A stretch of DNA of 53,236 nt, taken from contig JBBSBR010000003.1 in NCBI GenBank assembly GCA_038251135.1, positions 1 to 53,236 of the forward strand. Reading direction: 5' to 3'. Position 1 is the stretch's first letter. Each line of letters begins with the position of its first letter. The notes under the pieces are model-generated. The model was not told where the DNA came from. It searched no databases and saw only the letters and a program-made list of their open reading frames with translations. Below are positions 9,093-18,972 of this stretch, piece by piece. A program made the position numbers and the translations under genes. This stretch comes from Candidatus Saccharimonadia bacterium. Its GTDB lineage: Bacteria > Patescibacteriota > Saccharimonadia > UBA4664.

Positions 9093-10215
9093 GGCCGGCC
9101 TCCACGAATCTGCCGTAAAGTATGGCGAGACGGATCTGTACCGCGTCATCGAAGACTCTCGGATCAAGCTCGAGCGTATCGGTGATGCGATCAAGACGAT
9201 AGACCAGCGTATTGCGGTGAATTTTGAGTTTCTCGGAGGTCCGGGTCAGGCTCATATCGAGCTCAAAGAAAACTTCCAGCGTCTGTGTGACCTCCTGATT
9301 TTCGCCCAGGCGTTCCAGAAGCTCGCGTGAGAAATAGATATTGTCTTCATCGACGCCCGTCAGCAGCGGTGCCACCACCCCGAAGTCGTCAATATGATAA
9401 ATCCGATCCTGATCCCAAGTCTGGCTTCCAAGCTCAATGGCCGAGGTGGCTTCATGGTAGCTTTGGCGTAAGCCTTCGATACCGGGATGGTAATTGCCGA
9501 CGCCCACCGTCGCCGGCAGCTTCAGCTCGCTCTTGAGAATGCCGTAGATGGCATTTAGACTCTTTTTGAACGTGTCGAGACTGGCATTTAGGTCGCCGTC
9601 GGTCTCGGTAACCAGGTCTTTCAGAATGGAGAATGAGGTCCCGCCGAGGTAGCTTACGACGTTTTCGCGGCTTGAGGTGTAGAAGGAGTTGAGCGCGCGC
9701 GTAATCCCAAACTTATAGCGCGTTACGCGGGTTTCGCGGTCGCTCGAGGGATCCTGCTGCCTAGCGATGAGCTTGGGATCGTCGATTTGGATGATGATGG
9801 CAATCCGAGGACGTTCGATATCGACGTTGAACAGGCGCGCCTCGGCGGACAATAGCGGCCAATCGGGCTGAGGCTGATTGAGGAGATCGTAGATGAACTT
9901 ATCGACCCGTTCATCTTGGCGGGGAATCTGCTCCAAGACGATCGTTTGGTGCATTACGAGCTCAGCGATGCTTTTGATGAGCGGCGCGGACTCGTCTTGA
10001 TTGGGCAGCTGAGTCTCCATAACGATGAATCCGACGGTACTCCCGCCGTAGCTGATCGGGATAGCCCAGGGCGTCTTACTCAGATCAATGTTGGCTGCGG
10101 CGAGAGACGGCGTGGCAGACAGCGTCTTGCCATCGGGGTCGGTAACCCTGAGTTCACGATTAACAAGGGTAGCCACCTTGGAACGTATTTTGTCGGCGAT
10201 TTGCTGACTCAGCAC
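9079..10215 (-). CDS. CdaR/PucR-family transcriptional regulator (paralog 1)
   Basis: VGVG...LRQSY, HTH LKIHRNTLVYRL; GTG start at 10215 with GAGGT SD. Confidence 0.9.
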   Translation of the reverse strand: MLSQQIADKIRSKVATLVNRELRVTDPDGKTLSATPSLAAANIDLSKTPWAIPISYGGSTVGFIVMETQLPNQDESAPLIKSIAELVMHQTIVLEQIPRQDERVDKFIYDLLNQPQPDWPLLSAEARLFNVDIERPRIAIIIQIDDPKLIARQQDPSSDRETRVTRYKFGITRALNSFYTSSRENVVSYLGGTSFSILKDLVTETDGDLNASLDTFKKSLNAIYGILKSELKLPATVGVGNYHPGIEGLRQSYHEATSAIELGSQTWDQDRIYHIDDFGVVAPLLTGVDEDNIYFSRELLERLGENQEVTQTLEVFFELDMSLTRTSEKLKIHRNTLVYRLDRITDTLELDPRVFDDAVQIRLAILYGRFVEAGHGTK

Positions 10216-10302
10216 ACTTCCATACCTCTTAAGTTGGTACTTCCTACAAATAGCGTAACGAACGAGCGGTATCCTCGCAAGCATTAGGGTCTTAAAATGA
10301 AG

Positions 10303-10332
10303 CGCCTCCTCCGCCGTTAAGCGGAGGAGGCG
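10303..10332 (-). terminator. GC-rich hairpin ending the Gam-like gene
   Basis: Perfect 12-bp stem CGCCTCCTCCGC/GCGGAGGAGGCG, followed on the minus strand by CTTCATTTT. Confidence 0.75.
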
Positions 10333-10340
10333 TGAGCTAG

Positions 10341-10949
10341 TCACTGCTTTGCGACAGGCGGGTTCGTCCCGGAGGAGGGGAGCAGACCCTGATCGGCAGC
10401 GAGACGTTGCAGCCGGGCTACCGGCAGGACGAACGGCTCGGAGCAGTTGGCAGCGCGAATCGTAAAGGTTTCGACGCCCGGCGCGCTGGCCGAGGCGAGC
10501 TGGCCGAGAACCTCGGGAAACTTCTGCTTGAGGGGGTCCTTGCGGATCGTCTTGACCGTTTTTACGATCTGATCGGCAAGCTCCGGGAACCGGGTCTCGA
10601 CCTCCGCTACGGCCGCGTCTTCGCCGTCAGGGAAGATCATCGCTCCGACCGCCCGCGTGATCCGTTCGGCCGTACCCGTGCCCAGATCGGCAGTCTGAGT
10701 ATCGGTGAATTCTGACCACCGGGGGTAGACGCTGGCAAAGATCGCGGCGGCGTCCCGTTCGATGAGGCGGCCGTCCCTGGCGTCGAGCGAGGCCAGCTGG
10801 GACTTGATGACGGTGAGCTGGTCTTCGTGACGAGCCTTACGGGCGTTGAGCCGCGCGCGGCGGTTCGTGACGCGCTGGAGGCGGCGCCCCAGCCGAGCGA
10901 CTGCCAGAGCCAGCTGCTCCGGGGTCTTGATTTGAGAGGTAGTCGACAT
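10341..10949 (-). CDS. Mu Gam-like host-nuclease inhibitor / DNA end-binding protein
   Basis: Long N-terminal coiled coil, then TADLGTG, DAAVAEVE, IVKTVKTIRKDPL, GVETFTI, collinear with Mu Gam motifs as I recall them. Confidence 0.7.
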   Translation of the reverse strand: MSTTSQIKTPEQLALAVARLGRRLQRVTNRRARLNARKARHEDQLTVIKSQLASLDARDGRLIERDAAAIFASVYPRWSEFTDTQTADLGTGTAERITRAVGAMIFPDGEDAAVAEVETRFPELADQIVKTVKTIRKDPLKQKFPEVLGQLASASAPGVETFTIRAANCSEPFVLPVARLQRLAADQGLLPSSGTNPPVAKQ

Positions 10950-11187
10950 GACTACGTCCTTCCTGGTACTCCCACACTCTCGCAGTGGGCTAGCGCCGAC
11001 AGAAGGTTTTCTGTACGAATGACGATACCGTAGAGTTATGATCGCATCCAGTCAAATTTTGTTACCTAACTGCATGTAGCCCGCGGTTAACGCGGAGCAC
11101 CTAGCCTACTGCCCGCTGGGCGGCGGATAAAGCGGGTTCTTGATCGGAGAGGGGATTTCCGCTATAGTTCTCCCTTGTAGACGCCTT

Positions 11188-11264
11188 GGATCCTTAGCTC
11201 AGCTGGCTAGAGCGCCTCATTGACGTTGAGGAGGTCAGAGGTTCGAATCCTCTAGGATCCACCA
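11188..11264 (+). tRNA. tRNA-Val(GAC)
   Basis: Cloverleaf, anticodon arm CCTCA-TTGACGT-TGAGG, GTTCGAATC, encoded CCA. Confidence 0.96.
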
Positions 11265-11423
11265 TAATGAACGCCTCACGAAAGTGGGGCTTTTATTATA
11301 GCGGATGCCAGAAAGTCTGAGACACGAAAATCGAAGCGGAGGTTCGTCCGGCCCCTTTCGCCAGAGTTTCACCGTATCCTAGAACGTTTCTTATTAATCC
11401 GCTACAATTCTTTCGTTGCCCAT

Positions 11424-11500
<77 letters not shown>

Positions 11501-11596
11501 AGGTAAAGGCCCCGTCTTCGGGGTCTTTACCTTGGCTGATTGTCTAGGATAGAGAATCTTTGGTAACATTAACTTTATAGATGATATGGAGCCCAA

Positions 11597-12001
11597 ATGC
11601 CCGAAGGATCAAGACAAGAAGAGTTCCCGATTCCGCCTCAACAAGAATCCGAAGAACCGGCCGTTGTGAATCCAGCCCCCGAGAGACTCAATCCTCGCGA
11701 AGAATTGGGGAAAGTTGAACGTGATCAAGATACTACGAATCAGATCCAAAAGATTCGTCGCAGCCAGTTGATCGCTCAGGCTCGCATCGATATCGAGGCC
11801 GGCGGAAAGAGGCGGGAGGACAATGAAAGGCGGAAGCAGGAGGAAAAGAAGATTACTGATGCCGCAACTGCGGCGGGCGTTCATGTTGAGCTTGTAAGTC
11901 AGTCTGAAGTCGACCAGACCGGAGCATTAGCCGGTCTCAGGCAGACCACGGAGTCAAATGGGACGCCGCCGGCTCCGGAAGCCCCCGATCAGACCAAATA
12001 A
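11597..12001 (+). CDS. Hypothetical low-complexity/coiled-coil protein
   Basis: 134 aa ORF filling the gap, E/Q/P rich, followed by a hairpin at about 12011-12047. Confidence 0.6.
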   Translation: MPEGSRQEEFPIPPQQESEEPAVVNPAPERLNPREELGKVERDQDTTNQIQKIRRSQLIAQARIDIEAGGKRREDNERRKQEEKKITDAATAAGVHVELVSQSEVDQTGALAGLRQTTESNGTPPAPEAPDQTK

Positions 12002-12063
12002 ATTAGACTTGACCAAAACCGGCTCCAAATCGAACCGGTTTTGTGGTAATCTGAGGGTGTTAG

Positions 12064-12215
12064 AGAGCGTTGACCGGGTCCAACCAACCCGCGAGCCCCG
12101 CCGCCGCGAGCGTATCGTAGCATCCTAGAGCGTCCCGAAGACCGTTTCGGGGAAGTCTGGTGGAACCGCCCCTCAGTTTGGGGTCCAGACGCATAGCCGA
12201 GCTATGCGTCTTTTT
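12064..12215 (+). promoter_or_regulatory. T-box riboswitch (Thr) with transcriptional terminator
   Basis: T-box TCTGG-TGGAACC-GCCCC..GGGGT-CCAGA antiterminator (12156-12189); terminator GACGCATAGC/GCTATGCGTC-TTTTT (12188-12215); ACC specifier at 12083 in a very short stem I; directly upstream of thrS. Confidence 0.88.
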
Positions 12216-12236
12216 GTAACTAATTGAGGTTATTCT

Positions 12237-14087
12237 ATGAGTAAATCAGTCGCCCCCGAACATGTTTATGCCATGCGTCACTCCATGGCGCACATTATGG
12301 CGACGGCCGTGCAGGAGCTTTACCCGGAAGCCAAGTTCGGTATCGGCCCCGTCGTTGAGAACGGCTTCTATTATGACATCGACCTTCCGGTGCGCCTGAG
12401 CGAGGAAGATTTGAGCGCCATTGAGAAAAAAATGAAGGAGGTCGTTAAGGCCAACTATCCGTTTGAGCAGTCGCACATGAAGCTCGACGAAGCCATTGAT
12501 TACTTTGGCCGTAAAGACCAGACCTTCAAACTCGACCTGCTGAACGACCTCAAAGTGCACGGCACCACGGTCGCCAAGGACATCGACCGCACGCAGCTCG
12601 GCATCGAAGAGGGAAACCGGGTCGACGAGGTGTCCATCTATACCGACGGCCCGTTTGCCGACCTCTGCCGGGGTCCGCACGTGGAGAGCACCGGCCGCGT
12701 CGGCGCCTTCAAGCTGATGCGAGTGTCCGGCGCCTACTGGCGGGGCAACGATCAGAACGCCCAACTTCAACGTATTTATGGTGTAGGATTTACAACGAAA
12801 GAGGAGCTAAACGCCCATCTGACTATGCTGGCCGAGGCTGAGAAGCGTGATCACCGTAAGTTGGGCAAGGAGCTTGATCTCTTTGTCTTCAGCGATCTCG
12901 TCGGACCCGGTCTGCCGCTTTGGACGCCCCGCGGAACGACGCTGCGACGTGAACTGGACAATTTCGTACAGGAGTTGCGCGGCGAATATGACTTCCAAGA
13001 AGTCGCTATCCCGCACATTACCAAGAAAGATCTCTACGAGAAGAGCGGTCATTGGGAGAAATTTAAGGACGACCTCTTCCGAATCGAGACGCGTGAGGGT
13101 CATGAGTTTGCGATGAAGCCCATGAACTGTCCGCACCACGCCCAGATTTTTGATTCGCGCCCCCGCAGCTACCGCGAAATGCCCGTCCGCTACCGTGAGA
13201 CCACCATGGTCTACCGCGACGAACAGAGCGGTGAGCTAGGAGGCCTCTCGCGCGTGCGCGCCATCACTCAGGATGATGCGCATGTCTTCTGCCGCCAGAA
13301 CCAGATTAAGACCGAGGTACTGCAACTTTGGGATATCGTTGAGCGTTTCTATGGGACGTTTGGCTTGGAGCTGCGCCTTCGAGTGTCCACTCACGATCCG
13401 GAGAATATGCAGGCGTACAGTGGCACGGCCGAAGCTTGGGAGGTATCGGTCAATCAACTCAAAGCGATTGCCGAGGAGAAACTGGGTGCCGACTACGAAG
13501 TCGGTGTCGGCGAGGCGGCGTTCTACGGACCGAAGCTCGACTTCATGGCGCGCGACGCCATCGGCCGCGAGCACCAAGTCGCGACGATTCAGCTCGATTT
13601 TAATCAGCCCGAAGGGTTTGACCTCAACTGTATTAACGAAAGCGGTGAGACGGAACGCGTGGTGATGATCCACTGTGCCATTATGGGCAGTATCGAGCGG
13701 TTCCTGGTCGTTTTGATCGAGCATACGGCCGGTCGTTTCCCGCTCTGGCTGGCTCCTGAGCAGGTTCGAGTAACTTGCGTCAACGATGATCCGGCTGTCA
13801 TACGGTGCGCCCAGGATCTGGTTCGCGACCTCAAGGCCGCCAAGGTACGGACCGAACTGGATATTACCAATGAGAGCGTCGGCAAGAAGATCCGCTCTGC
13901 CGAGCTGGCCAAGGTACCCTATACGGTGGTAATTGGCACCAAGGAGGCCGAGAGCGGCCACCTGACCCCCCGAGTGCGGGCGGATCTGGCCGTTGCCAAC
14001 GAGAAAGACCACGACATTACCTTCGAGAACTTCGTGCAAAGCGTGGCCCGCGAGATCAAGACCCGGGCAAGCCGTTCGAGCCTGTAG
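12237..14087 (+). CDS. thrS: Threonine--tRNA ligase
   Basis: RHSMAH, DLCRGPH, RDHRKLG, KPMNCPHH, AFYGPK, GSIERF. Confidence 0.98.
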   Translation: MSKSVAPEHVYAMRHSMAHIMATAVQELYPEAKFGIGPVVENGFYYDIDLPVRLSEEDLSAIEKKMKEVVKANYPFEQSHMKLDEAIDYFGRKDQTFKLDLLNDLKVHGTTVAKDIDRTQLGIEEGNRVDEVSIYTDGPFADLCRGPHVESTGRVGAFKLMRVSGAYWRGNDQNAQLQRIYGVGFTTKEELNAHLTMLAEAEKRDHRKLGKELDLFVFSDLVGPGLPLWTPRGTTLRRELDNFVQELRGEYDFQEVAIPHITKKDLYEKSGHWEKFKDDLFRIETREGHEFAMKPMNCPHHAQIFDSRPRSYREMPVRYRETTMVYRDEQSGELGGLSRVRAITQDDAHVFCRQNQIKTEVLQLWDIVERFYGTFGLELRLRVSTHDPENMQAYSGTAEAWEVSVNQLKAIAEEKLGADYEVGVGEAAFYGPKLDFMARDAIGREHQVATIQLDFNQPEGFDLNCINESGETERVVMIHCAIMGSIERFLVVLIEHTAGRFPLWLAPEQVRVTCVNDDPAVIRCAQDLVRDLKAAKVRTELDITNESVGKKIRSAELAKVPYTVVIGTKEAESGHLTPRVRADLAVANEKDHDITFENFVQSVAREIKTRASRSSL

Positions 14088-14419
14088 TGAGCGATATGAC
14101 CGCGTTCTCGGATCGAGTAACGGATCTGGTAGCCCGGATTCCTTCCGGCCGGGTGATGACTTACGGCCAGATAGCGGCGCTATGCGGGAGTCCGCGCGCC
14201 GCCCGCATAGTGGGCGGAGTGGCGCATTACGGATCCGAAGAGCTGCCTTGGCACCGGGTGGTCAATAAGCAGGGCGGGCTGGCAGCGGCTTTCCCGGGCG
14301 GGCGCGCCGAACAGGCCAAGCGCCTCGCCGGAGAGGGGATCGAGCTCAACGAGTCGGGCGTCGTCGATATTGACTCGATACTATGGTGGCCTTCAAGTAT
14401 AAATATAATCGATTTATGA
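14087..14419 (+). CDS. Alkyltransferase-like (ATL/MGMT family) DNA-binding protein
   Basis: IPSGRVMTYGQIA, PRAARIVG, PWHRV (Trp in place of the catalytic Cys). Confidence 0.9.
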   Translation: MSDMTAFSDRVTDLVARIPSGRVMTYGQIAALCGSPRAARIVGGVAHYGSEELPWHRVVNKQGGLAAAFPGGRAEQAKRLAGEGIELNESGVVDIDSILWWPSSINIIDL

Positions 14420-14423
14420 TGTA

Positions 14424-15314
14424 ATGATTACAACGAAAAATTCACAAAATAATAAATTTATCACTATTCTGGGGCCGACGGCATCAGGTAAGTCAGACTT
14501 AGCCTTGAGGCTTGCCGAAAGCATAAACGGTGAGATTATCTGTGCTGATTCCCGGACCGTCTACCGCGGTATGAACATCGGTACGGCTAAACCGACCGAG
14601 GCTGAGCAGGCAAGGGTGCCTCATCATCTGTTGGACGTCGTAAATCCGGATCAGCGTCTGAGCGCCGCCGAGTTCAAGCGACTTGCCGTGGACGCAATTG
14701 AGTTCATTCATAACCGGGGCCGGGTACCATTGTTGGTCGGCGGGAGCGGACTCTACATCGACAGCGTTATCTTTGACTATAAATTTCCGCCGGAGGCCGA
14801 TCCGATTCGGCGCCAAGCCCTCGAGGCGCTGAGCGACGACGCCCTGCGCGAGCGCTTGAAACAAGCCGACAGAGCGGTCTACGAAAATACCGATACCGCC
14901 AACCGCCGCCGGGTTGTCAGAGCGCTGGAAACGCTTGATGCACCCCGATCTCGCCGTGATCAGATGCTGCCCGATACCTTGGTTCTCGGACTGACTATGA
15001 ACAAAAATATTGCTCAAAAACGAATAGAAATGCGTATCGAAAAAATGCTTGAGGAAGGCTTTATTGACGAAGTAAGAGCTGTCGGAACTGAGTACGGTTG
15101 GGACTCTGAGGCCATGAATATCATAGGCTACCGGGCCTTTAAGGACGTCGTCTTGGGTACCAGAAGTATTGCCGACGGGATTGCTGATTTTGCGGCCGGC
15201 GACATGGCTCTCTACAAAAAACAGATCACCTGGTTTCGGCGTAATCCGTCGATTCACTGGCTCGAAGATCCAGCCGACGCCGACAGACTCGTGCGCACAT
15301 TCTTGGATGATTAA
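14424..15314 (+). CDS. miaA: tRNA dimethylallyltransferase
   Basis: GPTASGKS, ADSRTVYRGMNIGTAKP, VGGSGLY, KKQITWFR. Confidence 0.96.
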   Translation: MITTKNSQNNKFITILGPTASGKSDLALRLAESINGEIICADSRTVYRGMNIGTAKPTEAEQARVPHHLLDVVNPDQRLSAAEFKRLAVDAIEFIHNRGRVPLLVGGSGLYIDSVIFDYKFPPEADPIRRQALEALSDDALRERLKQADRAVYENTDTANRRRVVRALETLDAPRSRRDQMLPDTLVLGLTMNKNIAQKRIEMRIEKMLEEGFIDEVRAVGTEYGWDSEAMNIIGYRAFKDVVLGTRSIADGIADFAAGDMALYKKQITWFRRNPSIHWLEDPADADRLVRTFLDD

Positions 15315-15329
15315 GTTATAATCGAACCA

Positions 15330-16703
15330 ATGCGCCAGACTCTTACCTTAGCCATTACCAAAATCGCCGCCGGCACCAGCCGAATGCTCGGAAGGGGCGG
15401 CGGCGGCGCTTTGCCCGGTTTGATTGCGGAGAAGCTTGATCCTACGCTTGGGACCAATCTGGCGGCTCAGCTGCCCCACGGCGTTATTCTCATAACGGGT
15501 ACCAACGGCAAGACGACGACGACCAAGCTAATCGCGGCCGAGCTTGAGGCTCACGGTGAAAAAGTACTTACGAATCGAAGCGGCTCCAATCTGCGCCGCG
15601 GCGTGGTGTCGAGTTTGATTGACGCCTCAAATATGGGCGGCGAAATCGACGCTACGATCGGTCTCTTCGAGGTCGACGAGGCCTGGCTCAGGATCGTCGC
15701 AGCCGAGCTGCAACCCCGCCGGATCGTGGTACTGAATCTCTTTCGCGATCAGCTGGATCGCTACGGCGAGCTTGATACTCTGGCCAAATTGATCGGGGAG
15801 GGGATTGCGGCCACCCAAGCCGAGCTCTACCTAAATGCCGACGATCCGCTGGTAGCGAGCTTGGCCAAGTACGCCGCGCGACCGGAGCTGGTAAATTACT
15901 TCGGCGTCGAAGGACTGCCCGCTCAGACGGCCGGTCACCAAGTGTCACCGATAGATTCCGATCATTGCCCGATTTGCAGCGCCGAGCTTAATTTCAGCCG
16001 CGTATTTTACGGACACATCGGCCATTACCGCTGCCCCCGGGGCGATTTCAGCCGTCCGCAACCTGAAGTCAGCCTGACCCATGTCAACGAAACATCGGCG
16101 GAGACGTCCAAGTTTACCGTTGCGATCAGCGGCAAGCGGCAAGACTTCGAGCTGGGGCTGCCGGGCACCTATAACCTCTATAACGCCCTCGCCGCGATAT
16201 CGCTCGGGTACGGCTATGGCGTCTCGGTTGCAAACCTCGAGCAGGCGATTCGGACGACCGACGCCGCGTTTGGCCGGGTCGAGAGCGTTGCTATCGGCAA
16301 TAAGACGCTGTTGTTGCTGTTAATTAAGAATCCCACCGGCTTCACCCAAGTGATCGAGACCTTTCTGGCGGCCAAAACCAGACCGAATATTCTCATGATC
16401 ATTAACGACAACCTGGCTGACGGCCGGGATGTTTCGTGGCTTTGGGACGTGCCTCTGGAAATTCTGGCAGCGAGCCGGCCGCAGGTGATCTGTTCGGGCA
16501 TTCGTGCGACCGACATGGCGTTGCGCCTCAAGTACGCCGAGATCGACAGTCTTTGCGTTGAAGATCCAAGCAGTGGACTGAACCGCCTGCTCGATGCGAT
16601 TCCGGACGGGGAGACGGGGTACATCTTGCCGACCTACACCGCCATGGTAGCTATTCGGCGCGAGCTCAGCCTCCGCACCTCGATGCCGGAGGTCAAGATA
16701 TGA
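15330..16703 (+). CDS. murT: MurT ligase (lipid II isoglutaminyl synthase subunit)
   Basis: ITGTNGKTTT, FEVDE, NLFRDQLDRYGE, KNPTG, DGRDVSWLWD. Confidence 0.94.
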   Translation: MRQTLTLAITKIAAGTSRMLGRGGGGALPGLIAEKLDPTLGTNLAAQLPHGVILITGTNGKTTTTKLIAAELEAHGEKVLTNRSGSNLRRGVVSSLIDASNMGGEIDATIGLFEVDEAWLRIVAAELQPRRIVVLNLFRDQLDRYGELDTLAKLIGEGIAATQAELYLNADDPLVASLAKYAARPELVNYFGVEGLPAQTAGHQVSPIDSDHCPICSAELNFSRVFYGHIGHYRCPRGDFSRPQPEVSLTHVNETSAETSKFTVAISGKRQDFELGLPGTYNLYNALAAISLGYGYGVSVANLEQAIRTTDAAFGRVESVAIGNKTLLLLLIKNPTGFTQVIETFLAAKTRPNILMIINDNLADGRDVSWLWDVPLEILAASRPQVICSGIRATDMALRLKYAEIDSLCVEDPSSGLNRLLDAIPDGETGYILPTYTAMVAIRRELSLRTSMPEVKI

Positions 16704-17413
16704 AATCCATCGTCATCGCCCATCTCTACCCGCGCGAAATGAATATTTATGGCGACCTGGGAAACATTATTACTCTCAGGAAGCGCCTCGAGTGGCGCGG
16801 ATACGCTGCGGAGGTACGGGCGGTCGAAGTCGGCAAGCCTTTCGATTTCTCCGAGGTCGACATCGTTTTCGGCGGTGGCGGGCAGGACTCCGGGCAATTG
16901 CTGGTCGGCGCCGACTTGGCGGAGCGGGGCGAGGAGTTGCGCCGTCTGGCCGCCGAGGGGGTACCGATGTTGGTGATCTGCGGCCTATACCAGCTATTCG
17001 GACGGGCATTTATGACGCTGGAGGGACAGAATATACCCGGAATTGATGTATTTCGCACAACGACTACCGGCTCACCAACCCGGATGATCGGTAATATCGT
17101 GATTGAAAGCAGCTTTGGAAGACTTGTCGGCTTCGAGAACCACTCCGGACAAACCCGGCTCGAACCCGAACAATCGCCTCTGGGGAAAGTGAAACGGGGT
17201 TTTGGAAACAATTCCGCCGGAAAATTCGAGGGGGCAGTTAGTAACAATGCAATTGGCTGCTACTTGCATGGACCGGTATTGCCCAAGAATCCGGAGCTGG
17301 CCGATGCGATGATTTTGACGGCTTTAAACCGCAAGTACGGCGTAACCGAGCTGGCATCGCTGGATGACAGTGCAGAGCTGGCAGCCGCCGAGGTGGCAGC
17401 ACGGCGTCCGTGA
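16700..17413 (+). CDS. gatD: GatD glutamine amidotransferase
   Basis: MNIYGDLGN, GGGQD, ICGLYQ, GFENHSG, YLHGPVLPKNP; coupled to murT. Confidence 0.94.
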   Translation: MKSIVIAHLYPREMNIYGDLGNIITLRKRLEWRGYAAEVRAVEVGKPFDFSEVDIVFGGGGQDSGQLLVGADLAERGEELRRLAAEGVPMLVICGLYQLFGRAFMTLEGQNIPGIDVFRTTTTGSPTRMIGNIVIESSFGRLVGFENHSGQTRLEPEQSPLGKVKRGFGNNSAGKFEGAVSNNAIGCYLHGPVLPKNPELADAMILTALNRKYGVTELASLDDSAELAAAEVAARRP

Positions 17414-17474
17414 GCAGGGATTGGGGATAGACAAAGACCCTTATTCTCCTTATGCTTATTTTACTATGATACTT

Positions 17475-18839
17475 ATGCCCGATGAGGCCATCACCGAGGC
17501 CGAACTTCTAATGACGCCGCCCCCTGAAGGCTCAAAACGCCACCAGCAAAAGGGGTTCGGGCGGTTTTTGCGTATTCTGGGACCCGGCATCGTAACCGGA
17601 GCGGCCGACGACGATCCGAGCGGCATAGCTACCTACTCCCAAACCGGCGCTCAATTTGGCTTTGCGCTCAACTGGACGATGCTGTTGGCTTATCCGTTAA
17701 TGACGGCCGTCCAGGAGGCTTGCATGCGGATCGGCGCCGTCACGGGCAAGGGACTGGCAGCGGTCATCCGCGAGCGGTATCCGAAGTGGCTGCTCTATCC
17801 GGTAGTCGGCTTGGTCGTGCTGGCCAACACCCTCAACATCGGCTCCGACATCGGCGCCATGGCGGCCAGCACTCAACTCTTGATTCCAAGTTCCTCGACC
17901 CTCGTCTTCCCGGTTCTGGCGATCGGCTTTTCGATCATTATGATCCTGCTGGAAATCTTCGTCTCCTATAAGACATACGTACGTATACTGAAGTGGTTGG
18001 CACTGGCTCTCCTGGCCTACGTCGTCACGGCCTTCCTGATCAATGTGCCGTGGGTCGAGGCAATCAAGGCGACCTTTGTCGTCAATCTCCAGTTTAACGC
18101 GGCGTATCTCTATATCCTGGTAGCCATTTTTGGCACCACCATCTCGCCGTATTTATTTTTCTGGCAGACGAGCGAGGTGGTCGAGGATGAGATCGCGGCC
18201 CACCGTCTGGCTCAACGGGGAGGCGTGCCCAAACTATCCAGGCCGTATCTCAAGCGCCTCCGAATCGATACGGCCTTCGGTATGCTCTTCTCGAACGTGA
18301 CGGCTTGGTTCATCATGGTGGTCGCCGCGGTCGTTCTGCACAGTAACGGGGTTCTAACCATCAATACCGCCGCCGATGCCGCGCGCGCCTTGGAGCCGCT
18401 CGTGCATACCTTTCCGAACGCGGGCTACATTGCAAAAGTCATCTTTGCCGTCGGTGTGATCGGAATCGGTCTCATGAGCGTTCCCGTGTTGGCGGGTTCG
18501 TCTTCTTATGCCATCTCCGAAACCTTCAATTGGCACGAGGGACTATTCCGAAAGTTTAAGCAGGCGCGCGAGTTCTATCTGATAATTATTATCGGTACGC
18601 TGGCCGGCTTGGTGTTCAATTTCGCCGGTCTGGATCCGATTAAGATGCTGGTATTTACGGCCGTCTTTAACGGCTTGGCTGCCGTTCCGCTAATTTTCCT
18701 GATCGCCAAAGTGGCGGGCCGCTCCGATATTATGGGCGAATACAAAAGCCGGTTCTGGTCCAAACTCGGCGTCTGGGCTGCCTTCGTGGTGATGCTCGCG
18801 GCCGCCCTCGCTCTGATCTACTCGATGATCCATCCCTGA
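17475..18839 (+). CDS. NRAMP-family divalent metal transporter
   Basis: GPGIVTGAADDDPSGIATYSQTGA, GTTISPYLFFWQ; about 11 TM. Confidence 0.9.
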   Translation: MPDEAITEAELLMTPPPEGSKRHQQKGFGRFLRILGPGIVTGAADDDPSGIATYSQTGAQFGFALNWTMLLAYPLMTAVQEACMRIGAVTGKGLAAVIRERYPKWLLYPVVGLVVLANTLNIGSDIGAMAASTQLLIPSSSTLVFPVLAIGFSIIMILLEIFVSYKTYVRILKWLALALLAYVVTAFLINVPWVEAIKATFVVNLQFNAAYLYILVAIFGTTISPYLFFWQTSEVVEDEIAAHRLAQRGGVPKLSRPYLKRLRIDTAFGMLFSNVTAWFIMVVAAVVLHSNGVLTINTAADAARALEPLVHTFPNAGYIAKVIFAVGVIGIGLMSVPVLAGSSSYAISETFNWHEGLFRKFKQAREFYLIIIIGTLAGLVFNFAGLDPIKMLVFTAVFNGLAAVPLIFLIAKVAGRSDIMGEYKSRFWSKLGVWAAFVVMLAAALALIYSMIHP

Positions 18840-18972
18840 TACATTTTGAGCGACAACCGATAAGTCGGAAAACAGCCCGAGTAAGTAACTCCGATTATAC
18901 CTAGATGCGCGGAGTCGTTTTTGTTATAATGAGCCTAAGCAGAGTGTGTAAACAGGAGCGAAGTAAAGCGAC

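Noticed and set aside
11010-11055. TTCGG-type operator upstream of the Gam-like gene
   Set aside because: Only isolated half-sites, without the N6 spacing seen at the three accepted sites
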